From NCBI GenBank assembly GCA_041396045.1, contig JAWKZI010000010.1, forward strand, positions 36,221-100,220: a stretch of DNA of 64,000 nucleotides. The letters run 5' to 3'. The stretch is from Gammaproteobacteria bacterium (GTDB lineage Bacteria; Pseudomonadota; Gammaproteobacteria; Steroidobacterales; GCA-2729495). Below are positions 54,286 through 62,669 of this stretch, piece by piece. Positions within the stretch are counted from its first letter, which is position 1, and the number at the start of each line of letters is the position of its first letter. The translations under genes were made by a program, and so were the position numbers. The notes beneath the pieces are model-generated. The model saw only the letters and a list, made by a program, of their open reading frames with translations, did no database searches and was not told the origin of the DNA.

Positions 54286-57015
54286 ATGTTGAAACCGATG
54301 CGCTTGTACAGCCTGCTGATTGCCCTTCTTGTTGTTCTGCCGGCGTCCAGCCAGGCAGCCATCCCCACCGGAAAGCTCGACAGCAATGTGCGGCCGCTGG
54401 CCTACCGGCTTGACCTCTGGATACTGCCGGATCAGACAGACTTCAACGGCACAACGGAGATCGATATCGATGTTGGTACTCCGACGTCGCTGATCTATTT
54501 GCATGGCAACGGTCTGGTGGTTACGTCCGTCCGCTACACCAGCGCTGCCGGAACCAGCCAGACTCGTACAAGCCAGGCTCGTACAAGCCAGACTCGTACA
54601 AGCCAGTCTGGCAGCTACAAGCAGGTGGACGTGACTGGCGTCGCGGAACTCGACTTTGGCAAACCGGTACCGGCCGGCCGGGGCACGCTGCACATCGAGT
54701 ACAACGCACCGCTTGGCAAGGTTGGCGATGGTCTTTATCGCTCGGACGTTGCGGGTGAGTCCTATGCCTTCACCCAGTTCCAGCCGGTTGACGCACGACG
54801 CATGTTTCCCGGCTTCGACGAACCAGGCTACAAGACGCCGTTCGATATTGCCGTAACGACACGTGCGGCGAATGTGGTGATCGGCAACACACCCGTCCGC
54901 AGCGAACGGCCAGCCGGTGAGGGACTCAAGCGGGTTGAATTCATGACTACGCTGCCGCTGCCCACTTACCTGCTTGCGCTGGCTGTAGGCCCGCTCGACG
55001 TTGTCGATGGGCCGGCGATACCACCGAACAAGATCCGCGACCGGCCCTTGCCCCTGCGTGGCATCGCAACCCGCGGCAAGGGCCCCAGGCTCAAGTACGC
55101 CCTCGACAATACCGCGGCCATCGTCGATTACCTGGAGACATATTTCGATACGCCCTTCCCGTACCCGAAGCTCGACCTGATCGCATCGCCAGATGCCGGT
55201 GGCGGCATGGAAAATGCGGGGGCCATCATTTACGGGGATATCCGGTTGCTGCTGGATGATCAACCTTCCCCCCAGGAGCGCCGTGGCTTTGGCGGAATTC
55301 ATGCCCATGAACTGGCGCATCAGTGGTTCGGCGATCTGGTAACCCCCAAGTGGTGGGACGACATCTGGCTCAATGAAGCGTTCGCCAGCTGGATGGCCTT
55401 CAAGGCCGGTGACGCCTGGGAACCGGACCTGGGTTTCGATATCGTGCCGGCATTGCAGACACCCGCCGCCATGACGATCGACAGCCGGATTTCTGCACGA
55501 CAGATCCGCCAGCCGATTACCCGCAACCAGGATATCAACAGCGCCTTTGACGGCATCACCTATCTCAAGGGTGCGGCGGTCCTTGGCATGTTCGAGAGTT
55601 ATCTCGGCGAGGACCAGTTCCGCGCGGGCATCCGCACCCACATGCGCCGCTTTCCGTACGGGGTGGCCGATGTGGAAGATTTCATGGCTTCACTCGCCAA
55701 AGGCTCGGGCCGACCCGACGTCATTCCTGCCTTCCGCAGCTTTATTGATCAGCCCGGCGTTCCGCTGGTCATGACCAAACTCGAATGCACAGCAGACAGT
55801 GCTTCGCTACAGGTGACGCAGTCGCGCTACTTGCCGATCGGCTCCCGGGGTAACCCGGCGAGCACCTGGCAACTGCCGCTGTGTGTGCGCTACGGCGATG
55901 GGGCCAAAGGTGGCAAGCAGTGCACCCTGCTCACTGAATCCACAACCAGGATTCCACTGAAGTCAGCGGGCTGCCCGACCTTTGTCATGCCCAACGCCAA
56001 CGGCGCTGGCTACTATCGTTTTGCTTTCGACGACGATGGCTGGCGTGCGCTCATGGCGCATTTCGACCAGCTTGGAGAGGTCGAAGCGCTGGCCCTGGCC
56101 GACAGTCTCTCTGCCGCCTATCAGGCCAACCGCCTGTCCACAGAGTCACTGGTGGCTGCGATGAGGGTCATGGCCCGGTCGCCCTATCCCGAGGTGGTTC
56201 TGGCGCCGGATAACGACCTGATCCGGCTGCGTGACTACCTGACGGCTGAAAACGCAGATGAGGTACGGGCCCTGATGCGCAGCCTGTACCGTCCGCGGCT
56301 TGATGCCCTTGAGAAAAGCAGCTCGCCTGTCACTCCGGAACAGGCCATTTTCCGGACCAACCTCATCCGCTTCCTGGCGCTGGAGGCGCGCGATCCCGAA
56401 CTGCGCGCGACGCTGGCTGCCCAGGGAGCGCGCTATATCCGCTTTGACAAGAGCAAGACCAACAAGCCAAACCGCACACAAGACGGCCTGGATACCAGCG
56501 CGGTGTCGCCAGCTCTGGTGCAGGTAGCACTGCAGGTGGGTGTGCAGGAATACGGCGCTCCCTTTGTCGAAGCTCTCATCGACCGGCTGTTTGCATCAAC
56601 CGACAGCCAGTTTCGCAGTCAGGCAACCGTTGCACTCGGCTCTACGGATGATCCGAAGGTTGGCGATCGTGTGCGCAAGTTGTTGCTTGACCCGCGACTG
56701 CGTGGCCGGGAACCCACGACGATTGCCTTCGGGCTTGCTGCCCGTCCCAGTCAGCGCCGGGCAACCTTCGACTGGTTCAAGGCAAACGACGAGGCCTTCA
56801 TCGCCCGGGTATCCCACTTCGGCCATCGCTGGTTTCCAAACTTCGGGGCCGGTTTCTGCAGCAAGCCGGAACGCGACGAACTCGAAGGCTTCTTCACCCC
56901 TATCGTCAACCGCCTGGATGGCGCCGCTCGTACACTGGCTGAAACACTTGAGGGCATCGAACTCTGCACCGCGCTGGTCACCGCAAAACACGCCGAAGCC
57001 ACCGCCGCCTTTTAA
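54286..57015 (+). CDS. pepN: M1-family aminopeptidase N with signal peptide
   Basis: GGMENAG (GxMEN) and HELAHQWFGDLV-x-WLNEAF (HExxH-18-E). Signal peptide MLKPMRLYSLLIALLVVLPASSQA. Confidence 0.9.
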   Translation: MLKPMRLYSLLIALLVVLPASSQAAIPTGKLDSNVRPLAYRLDLWILPDQTDFNGTTEIDIDVGTPTSLIYLHGNGLVVTSVRYTSAAGTSQTRTSQARTSQTRTSQSGSYKQVDVTGVAELDFGKPVPAGRGTLHIEYNAPLGKVGDGLYRSDVAGESYAFTQFQPVDARRMFPGFDEPGYKTPFDIAVTTRAANVVIGNTPVRSERPAGEGLKRVEFMTTLPLPTYLLALAVGPLDVVDGPAIPPNKIRDRPLPLRGIATRGKGPRLKYALDNTAAIVDYLETYFDTPFPYPKLDLIASPDAGGGMENAGAIIYGDIRLLLDDQPSPQERRGFGGIHAHELAHQWFGDLVTPKWWDDIWLNEAFASWMAFKAGDAWEPDLGFDIVPALQTPAAMTIDSRISARQIRQPITRNQDINSAFDGITYLKGAAVLGMFESYLGEDQFRAGIRTHMRRFPYGVADVEDFMASLAKGSGRPDVIPAFRSFIDQPGVPLVMTKLECTADSASLQVTQSRYLPIGSRGNPASTWQLPLCVRYGDGAKGGKQCTLLTESTTRIPLKSAGCPTFVMPNANGAGYYRFAFDDDGWRALMAHFDQLGEVEALALADSLSAAYQANRLSTESLVAAMRVMARSPYPEVVLAPDNDLIRLRDYLTAENADEVRALMRSLYRPRLDALEKSSSPVTPEQAIFRTNLIRFLALEARDPELRATLAAQGARYIRFDKSKTNKPNRTQDGLDTSAVSPALVQVALQVGVQEYGAPFVEALIDRLFASTDSQFRSQATVALGSTDDPKVGDRVRKLLLDPRLRGREPTTIAFGLAARPSQRRATFDWFKANDEAFIARVSHFGHRWFPNFGAGFCSKPERDELEGFFTPIVNRLDGAARTLAETLEGIELCTALVTAKHAEATAAF
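54556..54609 (+). repeat. 15-bp tandem repeat (AGCCAGRCTCGTACA)x3 plus a partial 4th copy inside pepN
   Basis: The units at 54556-54570, 54571-54585 and 54586-54600 are near-identical. They encode TSQTRTSQARTSQTRTSQS. Confidence 0.95.
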
Positions 57016-57029
57016 GGAACACCTTTAAA

Positions 57030-57042
57030 GGGGACGCTACCC
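57030..57042 (+). repeat. solitary REP element GGGGACGCTACCC
   Basis: Same 13-mer as in the RAYT-flanking clusters, embedded in AAAGGG-GACGCTA-CCCTTT, 15 nt after the pepN stop. Confidence 0.8.
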
Positions 57043-57095
57043 TTTTCCAGTGCCTCTTTTGCGGAAATTCAAACTGCTTCCCGCACCGTGCTGTT

Positions 57096-57124
57096 CGCCC
57101 CGAGTAAAGACCTTACTCGGGGCG
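57096..57124. terminator. bidirectional terminator hairpin (12-bp stem)
   Basis: CGCCCCGAGTAA (57096-57107), loop AGACC, TTACTCGGGGCG (57113-57124), between convergent pepN and ygiW. Confidence 0.7.
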
Positions 57125-57137
57125 AGCACTTCAGGTT

Positions 57138-57494
57138 TCAGGGCAGCAAGCGGACCACATCAACATCCAGCGTGGTCTTGCGCAGTTCCTTGTCGATTTC
57201 GCCAATCAACTCAACCTTCAGGTCCGGACTGGCTTGCACGCCGCGCCAGTCGTCATTGTCAACCTCGATGGTCATCGTCCCGGAATCGTCCTTGAACTCA
57301 TACTTTTCGTCGCCCAGCGATTGCAGGATGTAGCCCTGCAATTTCACCGGGCTGTCATCACGCATGCCAAGGGCTTCTTTAACGGTAACTACCGTCAGAT
57401 TATCCGGCCCGGTAAAGCCGCCGCTGCTTGCACTACCGGCCACTGCTACTGACGACGCCAGAGCAAGGCCCGCTGCGATCAATACATTCTTCAT
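57138..57494 (-). CDS. ygiW: YgiW/YdeI-family periplasmic OB-fold stress protein
   Basis: Signal peptide, then GGFTGPDNLTVVTVKEALGMRDDSPVKLQGYILQSLGDEKYEFKDDSGTMTIEVDNDDW. Confidence 0.9.
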   Translation of the reverse strand: MKNVLIAAGLALASSVAVAGSASSGGFTGPDNLTVVTVKEALGMRDDSPVKLQGYILQSLGDEKYEFKDDSGTMTIEVDNDDWRGVQASPDLKVELIGEIDKELRKTTLDVDVVRLLP

Positions 57495-57554
57495 AGTGTC
57501 TCTCCTGGTATAAATGGTACGGAGTCACTATGGACAAGAATGCTTAAAGGATAC

Positions 57555-58858
57555 TTAAGGCGGAAAGCGTATGTCGACACGCAATCCCGATGTGTCGCGC
57601 GGATTGGCAGTGAATCGCAGACTCGCACCAAGGACCTGAACAATACGGTGGCAAATAGCCAGCCCAAAACCCAGACCTTCATTTCTGCTGTCCAGCCGGG
57701 AGAAGCCACCGACATTCAGTTTTGCAAGCTGCTCTGGCGGCATGCCGGGGCCGTTGTCGCTGATGGAAAGCAGCGGCTGCCCTGACTCGCTGCCCATACT
57801 GATGTGAACCTGCGTCTGGCGCGGGCAGTGTTGAATAATGTTGCGCACCAGATTCTGGATCAGCACCTGGATCAGCACGGGGTCGCCAGATATCGTGACC
57901 GGTTCAATAGCCGTCTCCAGACTGATCCCGGCTGCAGCGAGTTCACTGGCGACGCGCGGACCTTCAGCCGCCCAGAATTCAGCAAACTGAATCTTTGAAA
58001 AGCCGGCACGCCAGTGCCCCTCCTCGATTCGTGCGAGTGTCAGAAGCTGTTCAATTACCCGCGCAATGCGGTTCACTTCGGTGCCCAGCATGGCAATGTC
58101 GGGATCCGGACCGGCGAGCTCCAGCTTCAGCGTGGTGAGTGGTGTACGCAGTTCATGTGCCACGTCATTGCTGAACTGCCGCTCTCTGCGCAGTACAGAA
58201 TCGATCCCCTATCAGCCGGTTCAGCTTGTCACGCAGCACACCGATTTCCACGATCGGAGAACCGACCGTCAGTGGCTCCAGCGAATCAGCATTGCGGCTT
58301 TCAATCTGCCGGACCAGCCGTGACAGTGGCCATAGCAGCATGCCCAGGAAAGCAGCTAGGAACAGCAGATTGATACTGGTGCCGGCGACGACCGGCACCA
58401 TGATGTCCTCAAGAATTTCCCCCTGCAGGTCGGCATACAAATCGGCACGACGGGAGCAACTGAACAACCAGCTCCCCTTCGCGTTGGTAACCATGCCACT
58501 CATGTCCGTCCCACTGCAGACTGAGTTCGTGGCTGTCCAGTGAGACTGGCTGCAGCTGATGCGGAAGGTTACTGGCCAGCTGACTGGTGGAAAGGTCGTA
58601 GACGTTAACCCACAACGTTTCCTCTTCATCCGGCTTGAAGGCCTTGGTGAGCAGCGACGCGAGTTCTTCCCGCGGCATGTCGATTTGGCTGGTAGCCAGC
58701 AGCTTCGCCAGCATCCTGCTCTGGTTCTCCAGATCCTCATCGAGCACATCACGGAGTTCGTCGTTGGCTGTGCGGTACGTCGCCACGAGGCCGGCGACGG
58801 CGGTGGCAACCGACGTCACCGCGAGTAGCAGCACCAATTGCGACAGCCGGAATCTCAT
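57555..58858 (-). pseudogene. sensor histidine kinase (QseC/PmrB-like) with two frame changes (GGG at 58452-58454 and CCCC at 58206-58209)
   Basis: Colinear fragments: MRFRLSQLVLLLAV...HGYQREGELVVQLL / RRADLYADLQGEILEDIMVPVVAGTSINLLFLAAFLGMLLWPLSRLVRQIE...KLNRLIG / IDSVLRRERQFSNDVAHELRTPL...DNGPGMPPEQ...GLGFGLAI. Confidence 0.75.
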
Positions 58859-59511
58859 AACGGGACCAGCCGATAGCCGTAGCCGCGGACTGTTTCGATC
58901 CGGTCCTTGCCCAGCAGCTTGCGTAAACCGTGGATGTGCACTTCAAGCGTATTCGAATCCACGCCATCGCCCAGTCCATAGAGCTGCTGGTTGAGTCGTT
59001 CGCGGCTGACCGGCTTGTCGATGGATTGCATCAGAACGGCCAACAGCTGGTGCTCCTTCGGCGGCAGGTTGATCTCTTCGTCATTCAGGTACACCTGATG
59101 GGTGTCGGTCGCGAAGCTCAGGCTGCCCGCAGTCAGGCGGGATTGTGTGGCTCCGCCTGCGGGCAGTAGCACCCGGATGCGAGCCAGCAGCTCGTCCGGC
59201 CTGAAGGGCTTCACCAGATAGTCATCTGCGCCCGTGTCCAGCCCGCGCACCCGGTCATCAAGGCGATCCCTGGCGGAGAGTATGAGAACCGGAATCTGGC
59301 AACCCGAGGCCCGCAGCGACTTCAGCCAGTCGACGCCGTCACCGTCTGGCAGGCCCAGGTCCAGCAACAACAGATCGTAGTTACCCTGCTCCATGTGGCT
59401 GCGTGCGGCCGCAAGGGTTCTCAACCAGTGCACCCTGTATTGGCGCTGCAGCAGTTTGTGCAGCGCCCGCCCCAGATTGAGGTCATCTTCCACAAGCAGC
59501 AGATACATCAT
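58855..59511 (-). CDS. OmpR/PhoB-family response regulator (QseB/PmrA-like)
   Basis: MMYLLLVEDD, LLLLDLGLPDGDG, and a C-terminal winged helix ending TVRGYGYRLVP. Overlaps the kinase start by 4 nt. Confidence 0.9.
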   Translation of the reverse strand: MMYLLLVEDDLNLGRALHKLLQRQYRVHWLRTLAAARSHMEQGNYDLLLLDLGLPDGDGVDWLKSLRASGCQIPVLILSARDRLDDRVRGLDTGADDYLVKPFRPDELLARIRVLLPAGGATQSRLTAGSLSFATDTHQVYLNDEEINLPPKEHQLLAVLMQSIDKPVSRERLNQQLYGLGDGVDSNTLEVHIHGLRKLLGKDRIETVRGYGYRLVPL

Positions 59512-59527
59512 CGGTCCCTCGGGAAAA

Positions 59528-59680
59528 GGGGACGCTACCCTTTTCTTCTTAAGGGGTGCTTAAGGGTAGCGTCCCTCAGGCACTTTAAGCGTGAAAAGGG
59601 GTAGCGTCCCCCCTTTAGAGTGCTTAAGGGGACGCTACCCCTTAATCGGGCCTTAAGCGTAGAAAAAGGGTAGCGTCCCC
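59528..59680. repeat. cluster of five REP elements (GGGGACGCTACCC / GGGTAGCGTCCCC) forming two inverted doublets (REPIN-like) plus one single copy
   Basis: Copies at 59528-59540 (+), 59564-59575 (-), 59599-59611 (-), 59628-59640 (+) and 59668-59680 (-). 59598-59611 and 59628-59641 are exact 14-bp reverse complements. Confidence 0.9.
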
Positions 59681-59747
59681 TTTTCTCCTTCTGATTGGCA
59701 ACATACGACGGCAGGTGTTTGGCGTTGGTACTGGTACCGTGCCAGGC

Positions 59748-60419
59748 ATGCCTCGAGTCGCGCGCGTTATCTACTCCGGAGTCCCGCATCACGTGACCCA
59801 GCGGGGAAACCGACGAGGACAGGTATTCTTCTGCGACCACGATCGAGCGGTCTACCTCAAGCTGCTACGCGACTATGCAGACAAACACCAGATCGAGATT
59901 CTCGCCTACTGTCTGATGACAAACCACGTACATCTGGTCGTTCTGCCGCAGACGGCGGATGGCCTGCACCGGGCCCTGAAGCCTCTGCACATGCGCCACG
60001 CGCAACGCATCAATCGGATTCATGGCTGGCAGGGTCATTTGTGGCAAGGGCGGTACTTTTCCTCGCCGCTGGATGACGACTACCTGTGGGCGGCAATCCG
60101 CTACGTCGAAGTTAACCCGGTTCGGGCACAGATAGCGGCCCGGGCGGAAGACTACCCGTGGTCCAGTGCTGCGGCCCATTGCGGACTGGCTACGGGCCAG
60201 GTCCTCACCGCCAATCTCGCGTGGCAACGCCGCTGCAGGGCAATCGGTGACTGGTCCCGGTGGCTTGCCGCGGGTGAGGAACCCCGGACGGTCGAAACAC
60301 TGCGACGTCACGCCAACAAGGGCCTGCCCTGCGGCTCGGCCGCGTTCATCAGTTTGCTGGAGGAAACAGCGGGGCGCCCGTTGCGGGAACGGCCGCGTGG
60401 GCGCCCAATTAAAGGGTAG
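59748..60419 (+). CDS. REP-associated tyrosine transposase (RAYT; IS200/IS605-like Y1 transposase)
   Basis: HHVTQRGN, LAYCLMTNHVHLVV (HUH motif) and IRYVEVNPVRAQIA (catalytic Tyr region). Alternative GTG start at 59715. The stop codon lies inside a REP copy. Confidence 0.85.
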   Translation: MPRVARVIYSGVPHHVTQRGNRRGQVFFCDHDRAVYLKLLRDYADKHQIEILAYCLMTNHVHLVVLPQTADGLHRALKPLHMRHAQRINRIHGWQGHLWQGRYFSSPLDDDYLWAAIRYVEVNPVRAQIAARAEDYPWSSAAAHCGLATGQVLTANLAWQRRCRAIGDWSRWLAAGEEPRTVETLRRHANKGLPCGSAAFISLLEETAGRPLRERPRGRPIKG

Positions 60420-60460
60420 CGTCCCCTTTATCCCTAAAAGGGTAGCGTCCCCTTTATCCC
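60411..60460. repeat. two direct copies of AAAGGGTAGCGTCCCCTTTATCCC (REP plus flank)
   Basis: 60411-34 and 60437-60 are identical. The first contains the RAYT stop (TAG at 60417-60419). The second contains the hutC stop (60454-60456, minus strand). Confidence 0.9.
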
Positions 60461-61167
60461 TTGCGTGGGGAGAAGCGGGCGGCGAGGTCGTAGAGATGGC
60501 CGGGGAAGGTCTGGCGAACCGAGGTGATGCTGTCGCGGCCGCGCCAGGTCAGTCGTTCCAGAGACAGGCAGGCCCTGGCAGTCGCAATGCCCAGCAGACT
60601 GGCTGTCTCAGGGTCCGGGTTGATTGCCGACAGCTTGTGCTCGGCTTCGGTCCAGGGCACGTGGGCGAGCAACCAGGAACCCGGTGCAGTCGAGGAAAAG
60701 TCGGCCTCGATAGCGTCCGGGACTGAACTCAGGTTGATCAGCCGCTCTTCAAGAGCAAAAACCTGACCACTCGCGCGGTGCAGGCAACGCAACTCAAGCA
60801 CGCTGCCCGCAGCGGCAAGTGGAACAAACTGCCGGCTGCCGGCGCGACCGGTACGCTTCCGGCGAGACAGCAACTCGTAGCCGTAGACATCACCCCGCGA
60901 CTCGATCTCGACCTGTATATCAGGGATATGCAGCACCGCTGAATGCACCGGCGGTTGCGCAACAAAAGAGCCCGCCCGGCGACGCCGTTCGATCAGACCC
61001 GCTTGCACCAGCGCAGCAATGGCTTTGTTGACGGTCATCCGTGAACAGTCGTACTTCGCCATCAGCACTTGCTCGATCGGAATTCGATGGCCCGGTGGCC
61101 ACTGTCCGCTGAGCACGCGACGCTCGATGTCGCGGCGAATCCGCTCGTGCAAAGGCAAGCTCGTCAT
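60454..61167 (-). CDS. hutC: histidine utilization repressor (GntR/HutC family)
   Basis: N-terminal wHTH PLHERIRRDIERRVLSGQWPPGHRIPIEQVLMAKYDCSRMTVNKAIAALVQAGLIERRRRAGSFV plus a UTRA domain. Located in a hut cluster. Confidence 0.9.
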   Translation of the reverse strand: MTSLPLHERIRRDIERRVLSGQWPPGHRIPIEQVLMAKYDCSRMTVNKAIAALVQAGLIERRRRAGSFVAQPPVHSAVLHIPDIQVEIESRGDVYGYELLSRRKRTGRAGSRQFVPLAAAGSVLELRCLHRASGQVFALEERLINLSSVPDAIEADFSSTAPGSWLLAHVPWTEAEHKLSAINPDPETASLLGIATARACLSLERLTWRGRDSITSVRQTFPGHLYDLAARFSPRKG

Positions 61168-62570
61168 GCCAGCAGTTTCTGCAGGGACTGCCTGTAGCGC
61201 GCGGCAATCGCCTCACGGGCAATATGCCTGCCGCCCGACACCACCTTGCGACCGTAGCGCCACACGCAGTCGACGACGTTGTGTCCGCCGGCAAATATCC
61301 AGCTATCCAGCAGGGCGTCATGCTGCCGCTCTACGAGCGTTGGGTGATCACGATCCAGGCTGACGATGTCTGCCGGGGCGCCCTGCTTAAGCCCCACTTC
61401 GCCAGGAAGACCCAGAGCCTGTACGCCGCCTGACCAGGATCCCTCGAACAGCCTGCGACCGGTGGAGTGCATTTCACTGGCCAGGACATTCCGCGCACGC
61501 GTAGTCAGGCGCTGGCTGTATTCCAGTGCCCGCAGTTCCTGGGCAGCATCAAGCAGCAGATTCGAATCCGAACCGATCCCGAAGCGTCCACCCGCTGCCA
61601 GAAACTCATGCGCCCGAAATATACCGTCACCCAGATTGGCTTCAGTGATCGGACACAGGCCCGCCACAGCGCCGGTCCGTGCAAAGGCCTGCAACTCGGC
61701 ATCATCGAGATGGGTCGCATGGATCAGACACCACTGCGCCGACACAGCTTCATGATCGAGCAGCCACGCAGCCGGTCGCTGCCCGGACCAGGCGACGCAC
61801 GCTTCAACTTCCCCAATCTGCTCGGCAACATGAATATGAATGGGGCCTTCCCCGGCCAGCTCGACGGCTGCACGGAGTTGTGCCGGCGTGGTCGCCCGCA
61901 GACTGTGCGGCGCCACCCCGACGTTCGCATCCGGCAGTTCAACCACCGCCGCGCGTGAGCGATCTAGCAGTTGCGCGTAACTGTCCAGCTCATTGATGAA
62001 GCGGCGCTGACCGGCAGTGGCTGCAGTACCGCCAAAACCACTGTGACAATAGAGTACCGGCAGCAGCGTGAGCCCGATCCCCGTGGTCGCTGCGGCGGCC
62101 ACAACCCGCTCCGCCATTTCGGCCAGGTTGCTGTAGCCACGCCCGTCAGGGCCGTGGTGCAGATAGTGAAACTCGCCGACCCGGGTGGTCCCGGATTCCA
62201 GCATCTCCACATAAGCCTGCGCGGTCAACGCCTCCAGATCGTCCGGCCCCAGGCGATCGACGAAGCGGTACATCAGCTCGCGCCAGCTCCAGAAATTATC
62301 GGGCTTGGACCCGCTGATTTCTGTGGCATGTCTTTCCGTGAGCCCGGCCATGCCCCTCTGAAAGCCATGGCTGTGCACGTTGGGCAATCCCGGCAGCGCA
62401 AGCCCATGGCGTTCGTCGTCGGGCGCCGGATCGCAGTCCGCTTCCAGATGCGTGATCCGGCCATTGCGAATTTCCAGCCGGACCCGCTCCGCCCAAGTCA
62501 TGGAACCAGAGGCCATGGAACCAGAAGCCATAAAACCAGGGGCGGCTGGCAGAAGGGCTGATTCGAACCA
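61164..62570 (-). CDS. hutF: formimidoylglutamate deiminase
   Basis: [21 protein letters not shown] and an amidohydrolase fold. The start is uncertain: TTG at 62570 keeps the conserved WFESALLP. The ATGs at 62531/62516/62501 lie in a tandem repeat. The 585-aa track ORF over-extends. Confidence 0.85.
   Translation of the reverse strand, partial: WFESALLPAAPGFMASGSMASGSMTWAERVRLEIRNGRITHLEADCDPAPDDERHGLALPGLPNVHSHGFQRGMAGLTERHATEISGSKPDNFWSWRELMYRFVDRLGPDDLEALTAQAYVEMLESGTTRVGEFHYLHHGPDGRGYSNLAEMAERVVAAAATTGIGLTLLPVLYCHSGFGGTAATAGQRRFINELDSYAQLLDRSRAAVVELPDANVGVAPHSLRATTPAQLRAAVELAGEGPIHIHVAEQIGEVEACVAWSGQRPAAWLLDHEAVSAQWCLIHATHLDDAELQAFARTGAVAGLCPITEANLGDGIFRAHEFLAAGGRFGIGSDSNLLLDAAQELRALEYSQRLTTRARNVLASEMHSTGRRLFEGSWSGGVQALGLPGEVGLKQGAPADIVSLDRDHPTLVERQHDALLDSWIFAGGHNVVDCVWRYGRKVVSGGRHIAREAIAARYRQSLQKLLA
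62499..62543. repeat. 15-bp tandem repeat x3 (CATGGAACCAGAGGC, CATGGAACCAGAAGC, CATAAAACCAGGGGC) at the hutF 5' end
   Basis: Read directly. On the coding strand it encodes [12 protein letters not shown], inserted between the conserved ALLP and WAERVRLEI segments. Confidence 0.9.
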
Positions 62571-62655
62571 CAAGGAAATGCTTCGTGCGGAATCGCGGGA
62601 TGTCGAAGCTGTTTCAGCGCGCGTGTTCACTGGACAATTCCCCGGCATTCGGATA

Positions 62656-62665
62656 TGTATAGACA
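62656..62665. promoter_or_regulatory. candidate HutC operator TGTATAGACA (GT-N-TA-N-AC core)
   Basis: Lies in the A/T-rich divergent hutF/hutI region, just upstream of the hutI ATG at 62670. Matches the GntR/HutC-subfamily half-site pattern. Function inferred. Confidence 0.45.
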
Positions 62666-62669
62666 TTAT

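Noticed and set aside
54259-55641. 460-aa ORF antisense to pepN
   Set aside because: Same reasoning. The sense strand carries GxMEN and HExxH-18-E, and the antisense product is low-complexity.
59521-59690. Could the clustered short repeats be a CRISPR array?
   Set aside because: The repeats are only 13-14 bp, alternate in orientation, have irregular 14-27-bp spacing, and flank a Y1 transposase. This fits REP/REPIN, not CRISPR. No cas genes are present.
59535-59840. 101-aa ORF with repeated GRYPF peptides
   Set aside because: The periodicity comes from translating the REP copies. It is not a gene.
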